From: Coriobacteriales bacterium
GTDB lineage: Bacteria; Actinomycetota; Coriobacteriia; Coriobacteriales; QAMH01
Assembly: GCA_051876105.1 (NCBI GenBank)
Contig: JBJEHN010000073.1
Location: forward strand, 4,555 to 68,554
Direction of reading: 5' to 3'
DNA: 64,000 nucleotides
The notes beneath the pieces were generated by a model, which ran no database searches, was not told where the DNA came from, and saw only the letters and a program-made list of their open reading frames with translations. Made by a program: the position numbers and the translations under genes. How positions within the stretch are numbered: position 1 is the stretch's first letter; the number at the start of each line of letters is the position of its first letter. Below, in pieces: positions 63,769 through 64,000 of the stretch.

Positions 63769-64000
63769 GAGCCGCCGTTTGGGCGGCGTGGTGCGCCTGC
63801 TTGAAGAGGAGAGGAGAGCCGCGCACCCTGTTGGAAAGAGAAAGGAGAGGACTTACAGCACTTACTATACGCAGGCACGGCAACGAGCAAGACTCGCAGC
63901 AGCCTCGGTTCGGTTACGCCAGGTTACAGCAGGTCAACAGCCAGCCGCGCATCGCCTGCCCCGAACGCGTTGAATCCGTCAAAGGATTGCCAGATTATTC

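Overview
GC-rich window with strong GC3 bias. It looks like core chromosome of an Actinomycetota organism, probably Coriobacteriia or Eggerthellaceae-like; that assignment rests on gene content and composition only. I call 57 protein-coding genes (52 on the minus strand, 5 on the plus strand) and 4 tRNAs: Arg-CCG, Arg-TCT, Gly-TCC and Pro-TGG. I see no rRNA, CRISPR array, transposase, integrase or phage genes. Reading the minus strand from high to low coordinates, the gene blocks are: DUF2064; NSS transporter; argH; U32 peptidase; upp; tyrS; an EamA transporter; the Moco genes mobB-moaA-moaC-moaB plus a small RHH gene; gshA flanked by two tRNA-Arg genes; ppiB; a TPR membrane protein; ndk; mreB-mreC-mreD-mrdA-rodA plus an unknown DUF697-like gene; a radical-SAM pair (TIGR03960/TIGR03936 type); rplU-rpmA; glmS-acpS-nnrD-alr-udg-tsaE; a membrane J-domain protein; an orphan HlyD-like adaptor; a tsaB-rimI-tsaD triple fusion; tilS-hpt-ftsH; folE and a folP-folK fusion; a coiled-coil protein; yceD; an RlmD-like methyltransferase; rpmF; plsX-rnc-smc-ftsY-ffh; an Mrp/NBP35 Fe-S carrier; a trigger-factor paralogue lacking the N-terminal domain; and the start of a molybdopterin oxidoreductase. 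Many long plus-strand ORFs in the track, up to 1449 aa, are antisense shadow ORFs typical of high-GC DNA and are rejected. The items most worth a second look are: (1) the TsaB-RimI-TsaD fusion, and the t6A gene set interrupted by a J-domain membrane protein and an orphan membrane-fusion adaptor; (2) a 41-bp perfect palindromic repeat present at two loci about 32 kb apart; (3) the truncated trigger factor and Cys-rich Mrp next to a molybdoenzyme; (4) an unknown DUF697-like gene appended to the rod-shape cluster; (5) several structured leaders, upstream of plsX, the molybdoenzyme, glmS, tyrS and the DUF2064 gene. Everything was read by eye. Hand-derived coordinates for RNA, hairpin and promoter features may be off by 1-2 nt, and no database search was run.
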